DNA of 63,965 nucleotides, filler included, from Blastocystis sp. subtype 4 (GCF_000743755.1; 9 parts of 9 records of this genome joined end to end with filler, not necessarily neighbours in it); one strand, 5' to 3'. Numbered from the whole stretch's first letter, positions 50,256-63,754 are shown. Numbers and translations: made by a program. The notes: generated from the letters alone by a model not told the origin.

Positions 50256-51818
50256 TTAAAAATTTACAGACATAGGATCACATAAAGCCTGTCTTGTTAT
50301 CGGGTTGAGACAAGTAATAGTAAAGTAATAACCTTCTTCTAAATCACAACGAAGAATACATTCATGTACTACAGTACCTTCGGGAATGGGAAGAGTAATC
50401 TTCCTAACCAGAGAACAATTAGTTGCATCCATAGTTTCTACATCCATTCTTCCTTCGAATAACGCAGTTTTCAAAGTATTTCTATTCTCTCTATCCAAAT
50501 TCACTGTGAGAAAGCAAGAGCAAGGGAGGTTCGAAAACCGAGGGAATAGACGATACACCATGTTAGTATCGACTCCTAACCCAATGTCACAACCAAGAGC
50601 TGTCTGAACAGTAATATGTCCCTCAGCTTGACTCATATTCCTAGCATGAAGAAAAGCTCCTTCTCCAACACTTGTATAAGGATCAAGATCGATAATTTGT
50701 GTTGGTTTAAAAAATCTATTTATCAAGTCTCGTACACCTGGTAACTTGGATGAACCACCAACCAATATAACCCCTGTGATATTTCCAATATTAAAGGCCC
50801 CAAGCTGTAAATCATTACGCTTCTTATTTTCCATCATGATCGTCTCATCCACAATTCTCCATGTCTGCTCAACACTATTCTTTGTACAACCATTCAATTT
50901 ATCTTGAGTAAATTCTATTGAACTATAATCCTCATCGATATCATCACCAAATATTCCATCCAATGAGATGGTATAATACTTCTGTGTACCCAGTGCTTCC
51001 TTTGCATCCTTAGACGCCAATAGCAATTTAGCTCTTCGAATTATGCTCCTACTATTATTCTGTAGCAAGGGACTTCCAGATAAGGTTTCATAATCCCCAA
51101 TTACTTCCTTCATCACTTTTACATCGATATCACTTCCTCCCAGATGAATATCGCCATTTGTCTGCAAGATACGAATCTTATTATCACGATATTCCAACAG
51201 TGAAACATCAAAAGTACCACCACCAAAATCATATACCAGAAATGTGGATGTTCTTCTCATATCTTGCTTCAAGAGATAGGATAAGGCAGCTGCTGTTGGC
51301 TCAGGAAGCAGCCCAAAACACTTGTACCCAGCTAGTTCCACAGCCTTTAATGTTGCCTTTTTCTGACGAGATGAATAATTGGCCGGAACAGTAACAATCA
51401 CAGTGTCAACTTTCGCATAACGCTTCTTTGCATGTTCCATAATGTGTTTAATAACTTCAGCTGCAGCTTCTTCAGGAGAGAGAGAGCAATCATCAGTCAG
51501 TCTAAAAAGAGGATTCCCGTCAGAACCCCGAATAACGTCACAGCCAAATGTACCCTCATCATAATTCATTTTTCTGTATTCTTCATATGTTTGACCAAGG
51601 AGTCGCTTGAAATTGCGAACTAGCGGGCCTGATCTAGGATTTGGTAAGTCACATGCATGAAGGCCATTAGCATCCTTTATAACAGTTGACGGAAATAGAT
51701 AACTGCCATTCCAATCTATACAACTGACTTTATTTGTTAGCCACATATGTCCAGTTGAATTAGTTGTTCCCAGATCAATTGAGACGAGTTGATTCAGTTC
51801 CATTCCAAAGAATAACAT
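50256..51818 (-). CDS. Divergent intronless Hsp70-like protein lacking the lid
   Basis: IDLGTTNS, TVPANY, EPTAAAL, YDFGGGTFDVS, LVGGSSKLP. Confidence 0.9.
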   Translation of the reverse strand: MLFFGMELNQLVSIDLGTTNSTGHMWLTNKVSCIDWNGSYLFPSTVIKDANGLHACDLPNPRSGPLVRNFKRLLGQTYEEYRKMNYDEGTFGCDVIRGSDGNPLFRLTDDCSLSPEEAAAEVIKHIMEHAKKRYAKVDTVIVTVPANYSSRQKKATLKAVELAGYKCFGLLPEPTAAALSYLLKQDMRRTSTFLVYDFGGGTFDVSLLEYRDNKIRILQTNGDIHLGGSDIDVKVMKEVIGDYETLSGSPLLQNNSRSIIRRAKLLLASKDAKEALGTQKYYTISLDGIFGDDIDEDYSSIEFTQDKLNGCTKNSVEQTWRIVDETIMMENKKRNDLQLGAFNIGNITGVILVGGSSKLPGVRDLINRFFKPTQIIDLDPYTSVGEGAFLHARNMSQAEGHITVQTALGCDIGLGVDTNMVYRLFPRFSNLPCSCFLTVNLDRENRNTLKTALFEGRMDVETMDATNCSLVRKITLPIPEGTVVHECILRCDLEEGYYFTITCLNPITRQALCDPMSVNF

Positions 51819-52291
51819 GTATCATAATTGTAGTTGGCAAACATTAGGAAAAACCGTGATTCTTCATTATCATATCATAGTCTCAGAATCTAGATTAATC
51901 CACAGAAACAGTGGAACCTACTAATAAAGAGACCAACCTTCACAACATGGTACTGAAGCACCACGTACCTGTTACCATTCTATATTGCTTTGTTACTGTG
52001 CTATTAAGAGATAGGAATATATTTGAAAGATGTATTACTAACTAAAAAGAAAAACAACTTCATGGTGCTTCTCTTCTTTATTCTTGCTCCAAATGGAATC
52101 CACTGTTGTTTCTAATTATCTATTGAATCCCACTCCTCTGATTGAATGAGAAATAATAGATATAGCCAAATGATATTATCTGTAATTGTATACTGCTAAT
52201 AGTATTTTACCCCACCCCATTAAATTGTCCATCGTTATTGAAGCAGAAAGTGTGCTATAGATATGTCCTCGGAACAAGCAATTCACTCTGT

Positions 52292-52391
52292 NNNNNNNNN
52301 NNNNNNNNNNNNNNNNNNNNNNNNNNNNNNNNNNNTTAATTAATTAANNNNNNNNNNNNNNNNNNNNNNNNNNNNNNNNNNNNNNNNNNNN
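52292..52391. other. Artificial contig linker
   Basis: N44-TTAATTAATTAA-N44. Confidence 0.98.
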
Positions 52392-52641
52392 AGTAGTATC
52401 GATCACAACCTTCTCAGTATTCATAGCCTTCTGAGCGAACTTGCGAATCACATCCATGGCACGAGGAGCCTTTCTCTTGAAAGCACTATACGGAATTAGT
52501 TTCACACACATCAAGCAATTCAATAATAATAGAAAATCAATCATGTCATGGCACAATCACGTACACCTTATGGCAAGCTTTGTGGAGGTTAATCGTATAG
52601 TCACGAGTAACAGGAACCATTTCCTTCTTCTCAGTGCTCAT
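52392..52641 (-). CDS. RPL31: 60S ribosomal protein L31 (3' truncated)
   Basis: MSTEKKEMVPVTRDYTINLHKACHKV|AFKRKAPRAMDVIRKFAQKAM. Confidence 0.95.
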
Positions 52642-52856
52642 TATTCCGGAATATATGGAGAGTTTATTGAATCCCAACAAAAGAACAGTGGAACCCCTGG
52701 ATTTCCTAAATAGGAGTGTCTATTAGAGAAATCTCTTTCTTGGGGTATCCAGATTTCCTCTCATCAATTTCTTGAAACCTATTGAAGATAAGGCATCAAC
52801 GTAAGTGGCGAAGAGTGAGATTACTGACAACAAGAAAATGTTAACTGCATGATACA

Positions 52857-54600
52857 TTAAAACTGTAGCAAGTCCTCTTCATCCTCATCAACAACAGGCA
52901 CAGGCGCTGTTTTGTTGTACTGTCGTTCAAATTCGTCGGGATCGATATCAAAATCGCAACCACCACAATTCTGGAGGAAAGACACCGCTCCACTGAGGTT
53001 CGTTAAACAATAGCCTCCTTCGGACAACAACTCATCTGGATGTCGGAAACGAGAAATGAATTCCACAGTAGACGGAAGTTTAGGAATACCAGATTTGAGT
53101 ACAACATAAATGAAAGCAGGAAGGAAGTCGTCTGCTCCAGCATCATTCTTCTTCCCACTCTGGAGAAGTGTTCCCAGAGTTCGACAGGCATCAATAATAC
53201 AATCTAACTACAGATGAAAGCAAAAATGCAAACGAACCTTCTCAGCAGGAGACACTACAGAACTAATCTCTTGCAATTGCTCCGAAACTTGTTGTAGCAC
53301 TTCTGGATGTTGTTTGCAAATACTAGAAACATCCAGATTATCCACGGTAAGGAACTGCAGATAGGAGAGTTTTTCACTCAGATCATCGTCCTCCTTCTTC
53401 AATTCTATTCGTACCGCTCCTAACGTATATCCACGTAACTCGTCAATCAAGAGCTTTTCCACACAATCTCGTGTGTCTAGTTGACAAGCCATCAGTTTCA
53501 CCTACTTCGTATTCCTTCTTCATTCACACCACGCCAAGCTTTGTGCTTCTGGATCTCAGCCATCAAGGCATCAGTGAAACTGTGAATACGATCTTCGATA
53601 GGCTGATGGGACACTTTCTTCTGTGTATCTGGTGATATGGGAGCAGGTGTCACTGGTGTGATATGAGGAACACTAGCATCACCCTCTCGCCTACATATCA
53701 TTCATACAGTGTATCGGTACGGAGAATGCAAAGGGGTTTCAATATACTCAGGAGAAAGCAAGTCACTGTACATCCGACGTGTCTCCTCACAGAAATTGCT
53801 GACAGCATCACGAAGATACTTGGCATCATTACGACTAAATCGCTTGGTGAAGTCTCGCTGACGCTCACCCCATTTTCCTAGAGGAACTGTGTCTTCCTGC
53901 TGTTTTACAAATTGGCTAAACTAGATATGAACACTACAGAGCAATAGTACGAAGCCTGAAAGGTTGGTTTGAAGCATGTTCTGGAGAGTGCCCGAATCAT
54001 CGGAAGGAGTAGGTGAAGACGGGACGGGAGATGTGGGAGTAAACAAGTCAGGACGACCTTTTACAATCCGATCTGTAAAGAGTGCCTTGATGCTTCGCTC
54101 CTCCTCCGTCTCCACATGTTCTGTTCGAGAGGATTTCATTGCACGCTCCTGTACCTTGCGGATTGCACTTGCCATTGTTTGAAGTGACTTCTTCAGTACA
54201 ACCGTACCCTGAGAATAAGACACAAGTCCACACATCAGCCTACTGATTCTTTCTTCGGCTCTTCTTTTACTGGTTCAGGAACTACTTCCGCGAGTTCAGC
54301 GGAGCCAGGAAACAACGGGGGTCGATATCCCACTTCAGTAGGTCTCTGTTCTGAATAAGGCGTTGGAGGTTGATATCCACTATAGATTGAAAGATAGGAA
54401 ACATTCAATACACTGTCGGAGGGACATAACCGGCTCCTCCAGAAGGGGCACTTGGTTGTTGGTAAATTGGCACTCCACCATAGATAGATTGATTGCGATA
54501 GATAGCATCCGAATCGTAGTAGGTTGGTTCCTCAATCGCGTTCTGCTTCTTTCTATGGATAAGACACAGCTATATACAGAAAGTAGTACCTCCTGAACAT
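52857..54600 (-). CDS. VPS9-domain Rab5 GEF
   Basis: SPAEK, GADDFLPAFIYVVLKS, FISRFR..LLSEGGYCLTNL; start approximate. Confidence 0.88.
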
Positions 54601-54736
54601 TGGATTAATGCAGATACCAATCGAATGATCGAGAATGCTTCAAACCGGAGACCACGGTTCTTTCACATTCCTGACAATACCTGTCAAGATTGTTCGGAAC
54701 AAACAAAACGAAACGAATAAAAGAAATGAAGGTTCC

Positions 54737-57017
54737 TCAATAAGAATTTCCATTAAAGCGACTTCCGTTTCCACCTCGGTTCCCACCATAATTACGATTA
54801 TCTCGATTGCCACGGTTCCCTCCATAATTCCCGTGTCCTCCACGACTATTTCTGCCTCCACGCATATCACGACCTCCACGTGGACCAGGAGCTTCTCTAC
54901 TCATCAACCCTTCATAACAATCCCACAGTTCTCGTTCCTTCAGTTCAGGAAGTACAGTGCAAACAGAGAACTGAGAACGATTTCCATGTTCCTTAATGTA
55001 GTCCTCGAACAAAGGCAGATACTTGTCCTCCACATCAAACACAGCTCCCTTCTCATCCTTCGTCATAGTAATGCCTTTGATGGAGGCTACAGCATCTTCA
55101 GGGAAATAACGACGCAGAGCTCCCCACACATACGACACGGTACGGAATGTATTGAAGGAAGAGTATTGGAGTGTAGTATATCCTACGTTCAACAGAACAC
55201 ACAGAACATACCATCATGAGAGGTAAGAATGGAACGCGAACTGATTTTGCTTGTAACACCCACAGCAAGACATAGACAACGTGCAACAACAGTAGTCACA
55301 TCTTCGTCACGATTGACACATTGCTCAGCCAAATCATGCATCTTCTCAAGAAGAACTGGATCAATGTGGTCCATCTCCTGCACGAGACGTTCTGCTTTTG
55401 CTTTGAGCAAATCTGTCGGTTGAGGAGCCCCAATACGAGTGAAAGTGTTGCCTACAGCTTTCTCAATAACCTTAACTGTTGCTTCCTGTTGAAGACCTGT
55501 TGTAAGAGTGATACAGACACCCTTCTTTCCAGCACGTCCGGTACGACCACTACGATGAATGTACGTCTCCACATCAGCACGACCAGACTTCAATGAAGGT
55601 GGCTCACGATTGATAACAAGAGTAATCTAGAGATGATGCACCAGACCTATTCCTACGCCTTGGATATCCAAACCTCGTGCTGCCACATCCGTTGCAACAA
55701 GACAACGGAACTTACCATCCTTGAAATCTTTCAGCGTCTGTTCACGAGTCTTCTGAGGAATATCTCCATGTAAAACTCCAGCCTAAAACTCATGATGAGA
55801 AACAAGACATACGATTCCTCGAAGACACTCCTCTCCAGCTAATTCGTTACAGCTTTTCTTCATATCACAGAACACGATAGAACGTCCATCGACTCCACAG
55901 TATACCTCAATCAAATCTGCAATTACCTTCCCACGCAGATCCCAAGGACAACGCAATATCAAGTGTTGGACATCAGATGAGGCCTTTTCCTTTGCTGATA
56001 CTAAGTCCACCGTCACACGATCCGGATGCATATACTTGACCATCACTTCACGAACCCAAGTAGGAATCGTCGCACTGAAGAGCAAGACTTGAATACGATC
56101 AGGAACAATCCGAGGTCCAGTTACCTCACCTCCGCTCTTTATCGCATATTCCACAACCTTCTCCACATCCTCGCTGAATCCCATATCCAACATCCGATCT
56201 GCTTCATCCAGAATGAACCACTTCAGTTCGCCCAATTGAAGATTTCCTCGTTCCAGATGATCCAACACTCTTCCTGGAGTACCTACCACGAACTCAACGC
56301 CTCGACGAAGAGCACTCTCTTGCGGCTCATACGGAGCACCACCAAACCTAGATGTTCATGAAGAACAAAAAGTGTACAGACAAACGGTACGGAGATGAGG
56401 GGCTACCATATGGATTTGCTCATCAATCTGTTGAGCCAGTTCTCGAGTAGGTGACAGAATCAATGTCAGAGGAGCTCGAGATCGTCTTGGAGGTGTTAGA
56501 CCCAACTTATAGATCTTCTCAACAATGGGCAGGGCAAAAGCAAGGGTCTTTCCTTGACCCGTTGGAGCACGACCAATAAGGTCCTTTCCATCATAAACAG
56601 AATCAAAAGTTAGAGCCTGAATGGGGAACAACTCGCTAATACCTTTGGAATTTAAAATGCCGATTGTCTCCGGAGAAATACGATAACGGTTCATCGAATA
56701 GATGGACTCCTCCTCTGCAGCATCCATAGAACGAGTGCGGATTCGCTTCATAGGAGGTTCTTCCGATAACGTATTGTCCATAACAACATTAGAGGAAGGA
56801 ATTTGGGTAGATGATTGGTTCGTTTCTGAAGACGATTTCATATTCTGTGATTCGGCATACTTCTCTGTTGTATCACTTCTGTCAGTCCTGTCGCTCTTCT
56901 CTTCTCGTTTTTCTCCTAAGACCATAATCCACCATTCATTTTCATCCTACGTCGCTCTTTTCGATCTTCTCTCGATCTCTTATGAGATTCCGTTTTATGA
57001 CTATCGGACTTAGGCAT
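54737..57017 (-). CDS. DDX21: Nucleolar DEAD-box helicase DDX21/DDX50-like with GUCT domain and RGG-like tail
   Basis: [48 protein letters not shown] (GUCT), Gly/Arg/Asn tail. Confidence 0.9.
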
Positions 57018-57400
57018 TAGTGAAAGAGATTATGAAATAACTTCGTCGTTTATGTAATTCATTATCATGAACAGTATGAATAATACCAAAAATGGAAAAA
57101 AGAAACACTATAAGAGATTGTTGGAGTTGCATATATGATAATTTGGATTTGTCAATTTCTGTATAACTCCAATTTCGATAGGATTCAAATAACAAGATGA
57201 ATGATATAGCATAATCCGGATTATGCCATAGACAGATAACGAAAAACGAGAACGAATGGAAAAAGACAAAACAATCAAGAGATGATATATATGGGAGAAA
57301 TAACAAATGGTATAAAAAACTACCTCTCGAAACGAGTGGCTGAGAAATCCTAACCTGTCCTTTTGGTTCTCCAAGACAAATAATAATCAATAACAAAAAC

Positions 57401-59186
57401 ATGAACGCCCAGAAGCAAGTCAGCGGAGGACACACCTCTCTTTTCGTCGGTAACCTCGACCCTAGTGTTACTGATGTGATTTGTCGTAGAGTGGTTTGAA
57501 TTGTAGAATGACCTTACTATGGAGTTCTCTAAGTACGGAAGAGTGCTTATGAGTCATGTCGTTATCGATAGAGTGGGTGCTATTTGTTTTAGAGTGAGAA
57601 GTTAGGAAACCAAGCAGTCTCGTTGCTATGGATTCGTGAACTTTGGTACTACTGAGGAAGGTAGTGTTGGGTCAGTAGAGTGAGGTGTAGCTGATAGTGC
57701 CCTGACGAATGCCAATTTCTCGGTTCTTAAGGGAAAGGAGATGAGAGTGATGCTTCAGCAGCCGAAGTTCAAGTCCACCACGAACATCAAGGGAAATCTG
57801 TTCGTCAAGAACCTTCCTGATGACATGGATGGTAAGGCTCTTCTGGACAAGTTCTCCACCTACGGAAACATCCTGTCTTGCAAGGTCTCCTACAACAAGG
57901 TGAATGGCAAGCCTCTTCACTACGGATATGTCCACTTCTCGGATCCTGCTGTTGCTCAGAAGGTTCTGGAGGACATGAACAAGGATGTGGTGAATGAGGG
58001 TGATATTTATGTTATGGAGTACGAGAAGCGCAATACGGACAACTCCGCTGAGTGGACGAGCTGCTACGTTGGCAACTTCCCCAAGAGCTGGACGAAGGAT
58101 GATCTCCAGAAGCTCTTTGAGCCTTTTGGAAAGATCGCTTCTGTGGCTGTGAGTGTCAAGAGCTATGATCCTGAGAAGGTCCAGGGCTTCGTGAACTTCT
58201 TGACGCATGAGGACGCTGTGAAGGCAGTTGAAGGACTTAAGGACCACGAGATTCCCGTTGAGGGAAGCGAGCCTCTGAAGCTGTATGTAAATCGTCTGCA
58301 GACTCGTGAGGAGCGTCAGCGTGCTAACCAGGCTGCTTTGCTCCAGAAGAAGAAGGAAGAAGTAGAGCGCACGAAGGGTCGTTTCCTGTATGTTGGCTTC
58401 GGTAACGAGGTGGTTACTATTGACAACCTCAAGGCTATTTTCTCTGCCTTCGGTAACATCGAGTCTTGCTCTATCGCTAAGGACAAGACCACCAAGGAGC
58501 TCAAGCCCTTCGGTTTCGTGTGTTTGGATACTGTGGAGAATGCTCAGAAGGCTGTGAGCACGTTGAAGAGTGATCCTTCGAACAAGCTGAAGGTCGAGCT
58601 TGCTCAGACTCGTGAGGAGCGTGCTAAGCTGTTGAAGGAGAGAAGAAAGACCCAGTTCGCTATGAGCAATATGTACAGTCAGATGCCATTCAGCAACATG
58701 CAGATGAATCGTAATCCTCGTAAGGGTCGTATGATGCCTATGCAGGCTGGTATGATGCCTAACATGCCTATGCAAACCGGTATGATGCCTAATGTGCCTA
58801 TGCAGACTAGTATGATGCCTGGAATAGTTCCTGGTATGATGCCTAATATGCCTATGCAGCCTGGAATGGGACGTGGAATGGTGCCTATGAATCCTATTAT
58901 TAGTGCTGAGCAGAAGATAATGACTCTCAACCAAGTCATGAGTACGATGCCTCAGCTCACTCGCGAGGTTGTTGAGAATCTCTCCGATGAAGATCGCCGC
59001 AACACCTTTGGAGAGCGCATCTTCCAGCTCATTTCTGCTATCAATGATCCTCGTGTCAGTAAGATCACTGGTATGATGTTGGAGTTGCCTGTGGAAGATC
59101 TGCTTCTGATTGTCAATAATGCTCAGGAACTCTACAATAAGATTTGCGAAGCTAACGAAGTTTTGGATCAGGCGAACACGGCATAA
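57401..59186 (+). CDS. PABPC: Cytoplasmic polyadenylate-binding protein (4 RRM + MLLE)
   Basis: SLFVGNLDP, GNLFVKNL, GNILSCKV, four RRMs, Met/Pro linker, FGERIF..SKITGMMLE. Confidence 0.96.
58730..58890 (+). repeat. ~30-nt coding repeat encoding (G)MMPNMPMQ units in the PABP linker
   Basis: GGTATGATGCCTAA..GCCTATGCA repeated about 4-5 times. Confidence 0.85.
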
Positions 59187-59325
59187 GCTGTTATTGATGT
59201 TTTCGTCAGTTTGTTTGTTGAATCTAAAGTGTCTTGTTAACCAAATGAAGTCAGAGTTTGTTAGTAAAGAAACAATCCAACTAAACACAAGTAGAATACT
59301 TCAGCAGCAGGGACATGTTGACGGG

Positions 59326-59425
59326 NNNNNNNNNNNNNNNNNNNNNNNNNNNNNNNNNNNNNNNNNNNNTTAATTAATTAANNNNNNNNNNNNNNNNNNN
59401 NNNNNNNNNNNNNNNNNNNNNNNNN
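59326..59425. other. Artificial contig linker
   Basis: N44-TTAATTAATTAA-N44. Confidence 0.98.
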
Positions 59426-59582
59426 ATTTTTAGATATGGATGTGAAGCCGATTTCGGAGTATTCGAGTATGTTATGCTGTAAACCTGTGGAAAAGGATGA
59501 ATTGCTGATTATCGAGAGACCGGTATTGGATATTGTGGAGAATCTACCAAAAGTGGTGTACAGACGGAGATACGGTATTTAG
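59426..59582 (+). CDS. UTP4/cirhin-like C-terminal fragment
   Basis: ELLIIERPVLDIVENLPKVVYRRRYGI-stop resembles the UTP4 C-terminus (LVAVERP..I..LP...KKFG). Confidence 0.6.
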
Positions 59583-59632
59583 TCTTTTACGATTGTTCTG
59601 TCGGTTTGTTTGTTTGAGATTGGATTTGGATA

Positions 59633-60393
59633 ATGGTACAGTCGTGGAATGTAAGTGACAGGAGGAACTGATCATATAGAGTTCAGGTGTCCGAGGATTT
59701 CTAAAGGTTCTCTTCTGTAGGAGAGAGCGTCGAAAGATTCTTCCTATTCTCCAATTTGGAACAGTTTCTGAGATCCCCTTTGCTGCGTCATTTTATCATG
59801 AAATTATCATGTCGTAGACTTAAAGAATGTGGAATTAAGGCTGTGATATTTGATAAAGATAATACATTGACACCACCGTATTCCTTCGCCATGGATCATC
59901 GAACTGAATCTACAGTACGGCTATGTCAAGATCTATTTGGATATGATCATGTTGTCATTTTCTCAAATTCTGCAGGTATACATTGTCATTGGTGGTGATG
60001 TCAAGGCTCGGATGATGACAAGGATCATCTCCAAGCAGATGCTATTGAAAGTGAGCTTAAAATAAACGTAATCCGCCACCATAAGAAGAAACCTGATGGT
60101 CTTCTTGAAACGATCTCATTGTGGCCTTCGATTAAAGAAGAAGAGGTGATGATGGTTGGAGATCGCTATCTGACAGATATTTATGGTGGTAATGTGTATG
60201 GATTGTTAACTGTGTGTGTAAGGATTATAACAGAGGTCAATGATAATTGGGGAGCAATTTTTGTACTGATTCTGAATTAGATTTATTGTAGGGAAGACGG
60301 ATTGAGCGGTTACTTCTGAAGATGTGTTCCTGTCAGCATCTTAAACCTTTGTACCATCCAGTTGCACAAAAATACTTTGAACAGCAAATGTGA
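59633..60393 (+). CDS. GEP4: Phosphatidylglycerophosphate phosphatase GEP4/YqeG-like (HAD IIIA)
   Basis: MVQSWN, IKAVIFDKDNTLTPPY, FSNSAG, HHKKKP, MVGDRYLTDI. Confidence 0.88.
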
Positions 60394-60414
60394 AGTGTTT
60401 GTGACAAATATGAT

Positions 60415-63400
60415 AGATCTCACTACAATGACAAGTACAACCGATCACAGGACATTCAGAATGATTCTTAAACCAGTTTGTAATGTGTGAATAATGTCCT
60501 CCATGATGACATGCATAGCACCATACGAGCCAGTCTGATGAATCTTGCATCACTATTTCTCATTCTCTTCATCGAATTTTACCTGTAAGTGAGCACAATG
60601 AACAAGTGAATATCGGTAGATGGCAAGTCATACACACTGGAGCCACAGCTGATTGTGGTTTCCATGTAGTTGTGTTTGTATTTAATGGAATCAATTTAGT
60701 ATTACAGTTTGGACATACAATCACCCTATATATCATACAAAGTACTAAGTCCTACCCAGGTACAAATCGCTCACTTTGTTCTTCCATCTCTGTTAGAATC
60801 TCTCCATATTGTGAGTAAACATTATTTTCGAGAATACAACGTTCACAGAACAATTCGGAGCGTTCCAGTAAATCGAGATAACTAGACGTAAATCACGGGA
60901 ATTTCATTATACTTGCGGATCCATAATCCACTCACACTATATACTTCTCCATTGAAAAAGGAGAGAATGGAGACTGTTTGGACATCTCCTGTCCTATTTA
61001 CGTAGTGCTATGTGAGAGGCAAGGTAATCAACTCACTTGAAGAAGAGGTCGTAATGCAGCAGAATTCATTCCTATTAATGGAATTCCTAAGAGATATCCT
61101 TCTTTGACAAATAGATTCTCCAGTGCCCTCACTAGCGATTGAACTTCCATTTCATTCTTACTGTAATCTAGCAAACATGGTTGCGATAGATACCGTAGCA
61201 TAACAAATACATCCTCAATTGTGATTAAGGACCCATCCTATTCCTCATACATCGACATCGAGTATACTGAAGTCGTAGCCAGATAATTCAATATTAATCG
61301 ATCATTTTGATCTCTAACACGCAGATAGTTGCTATCATAGTCATAGCGAATATACATCAATAAGAATTGAAGTGTTTTGAAAATGAGTGGATATTTATCT
61401 TTTCTATTGTTTATATTCCAAAATCAAACAAAAGTACGTATAATATGACAACTGTAATGAAATCGTTGCATCAACCAAACTCCAATCTCCTTTTGCTGTG
61501 CATATTGTTGTTAATATGTTACAAATCACAAGAAGACGATCAATTGTTGCTGCGACTTCAGTGGAACGTTTTCCTGTATTCAAGGAGGAAATGGTTTTAT
61601 TTATATATCGAATTGCTTCTTCAAATTTACATTGAACAACAAGAAATAAAAGATGGTGGAATTCATTTTGTTTGAATTGCTAGTGATTACGATCTCTTTA
61701 CTATTCTATACTTCTCCATATAGAATTGTAACATCACTCAATCTCTTTAGGAGTCGATCTTTGTGATCTTCACAAAAAACGCGAATTCTGCCATTCTTCT
61801 CTTCTATTCGTGAACAGTAACTCTCTCTCAATACCACGATATTCGGTTGAATAGCGTTCAAATACATCAACCAAGCCATTTTTTACCCATGTCTGTTCTT
61901 TTCGTAAACTGCTATTCTCTTCTTCATCCAATACCATTAGAATCTGAAAACATGCCCAGAAGAAGAATAGATCAGTATTTGCCGAATTGGAATCTTGACT
62001 GAAAGCTTCCGCGAAGATTCGATTATTTACAGATAACTATCATTCATCCCCTTTGTCAATCTCTACATCCATTCCATAATGTAACTTGCATCGCTGTAAC
62101 ATCACATCCAAAATATCATTTCCAATTATCTGTTGCGTATCTTCAACAGATAGGTTATCTCGAACGACACTAGAGATCACCAACTCTATGCATGCATACT
62201 ATAACAAGTGGTTATTGGCAAATGACATGCATGTATATGCAACCGGGACCACATAGTCCCAACAAACACTTTTATCATTCATAAGATACACAACCATTCT
62301 GGTCACAATGGCATGTTCAAGATTGTCGACCGCACATTGTACTACACGTGCTGTTCCACTCGGAAACTCAAAAGGTCTCAATTCTCCTGTATGAATATTG
62401 ATTATGGCAAAACCACGGGAATCAGCCACAAATAATTCATGTGTATTATACCAACTACTCTACAAATGATCGCTAGAATGAATCATCTACACAAAGAACA
62501 TTCCCGCGGTTATGAGAGAAAGAAGCAATCAATTCCATTTTCCCACTCGTATCCACTTCAAATACATGAACATTTTGGGCTTCATTCGATACATTGTTTG
62601 AAGCAGTTTCATTATCCTTCTTCTTCCCACCATAATTCGCATCTCGGAATTCAAAGGCATTACCTCGAATAGGCGAAGCCAACGAATTACCTGCGTAATC
62701 AATAGGAATTCTCTGGTGTTGAGGACGCGTAAGGAGATAGCGACGAGCATCACTCCGATTTTCCGCTCCTATGACTGGAGATGAAGGAGTTTGGATAACA
62801 TTATCAACAACAAGTGCAATTTGAGAATTTATTGTGGATAAGGATTTGTATGGATTGGCAACATTGTACAGAATACTACTAGAAGATGCTCTATAATGAA
62901 TACAAAACAGAAGATCTACTGAATGGCAATAATTTGAATGTAATTCTCATAACCTACTACTAAGAGATCAGAACTCTCTTCTTTCTCATATTTGGTAGAT
63001 CCTCCTAAATAAGAATAGTATGATTTCTGTCCTCTGGGAATAGCTGAAGAAGTATCTCTGTCTTTAGCTGGACTTTTGCGGTCAATCCAATGAAGAGAAC
63101 GCAACACACGACTACTCGAAATTGTTCTTTAGATCAACATTCACCCATTCCAATACGGAACTACAAGCGTTCGTGTCTTGATATCTCGGATGTCAATACA
63201 ATAGGTCTTTTCATCACGCACATATCCGATAGCAAGCTATGTGACAAGAACGCATCAACGGAAACATGACTTGTGGAGTGTCTCCAACAGACACTGATGC
63301 AACTCTGCTTCTGTAGGTCATGGATCTTGCTGTAGACTTCCTCTTTGAAGATTCCTCCTTTGCATGGACGAACAATCACATCACCTTCAAATCACCGAGA

Positions 63401-63691
63401 GCAAACAGATCAACCATTTTCCAATCCGAACGCGAGACAATCGCTGTACTCATTATGACCCCAGTCCATACAAACGACAGAGTCGTTAAAATACTGTTGG
63501 GAGCTGTGTTCCCGATTTGGATCAATTTCATAGAACTTTCCAGGTTGAGATAAATGTGACGAGTCGTAGAGACTAGGATACTGAGCGAAATCAATTGCAT
63601 ACAATACTAAAGCAGGATATTCAGTATAAACGATAGACACAATTCCTGGAAAAGAGTTTGACCACTTTATTAAGGAGACTTTCTGTGTCAT
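60415..63691 (-). CDS. MIOS: GATOR2 complex subunit MIOS/Sea4-like (WD40 plus C-terminal zinc fingers)
   Basis: N-terminal WD-like strands; CPNC..CMTC..CSLC; WCYACHHGGHYSHITNWF..CPVIGCTCHC. Confidence 0.8.
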
Positions 63692-63754
63692 TATGACTCT
63701 ATTATATGTTCGAAGTGGTATGATTTTTAGTCAATCTACAGAGAAATATAACAA

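Noticed and set aside
57672..59288. 538-aa antisense ORF over PABP
   Set aside because: Shadow ORF from strong codon bias in a highly expressed gene; no recognisable domain
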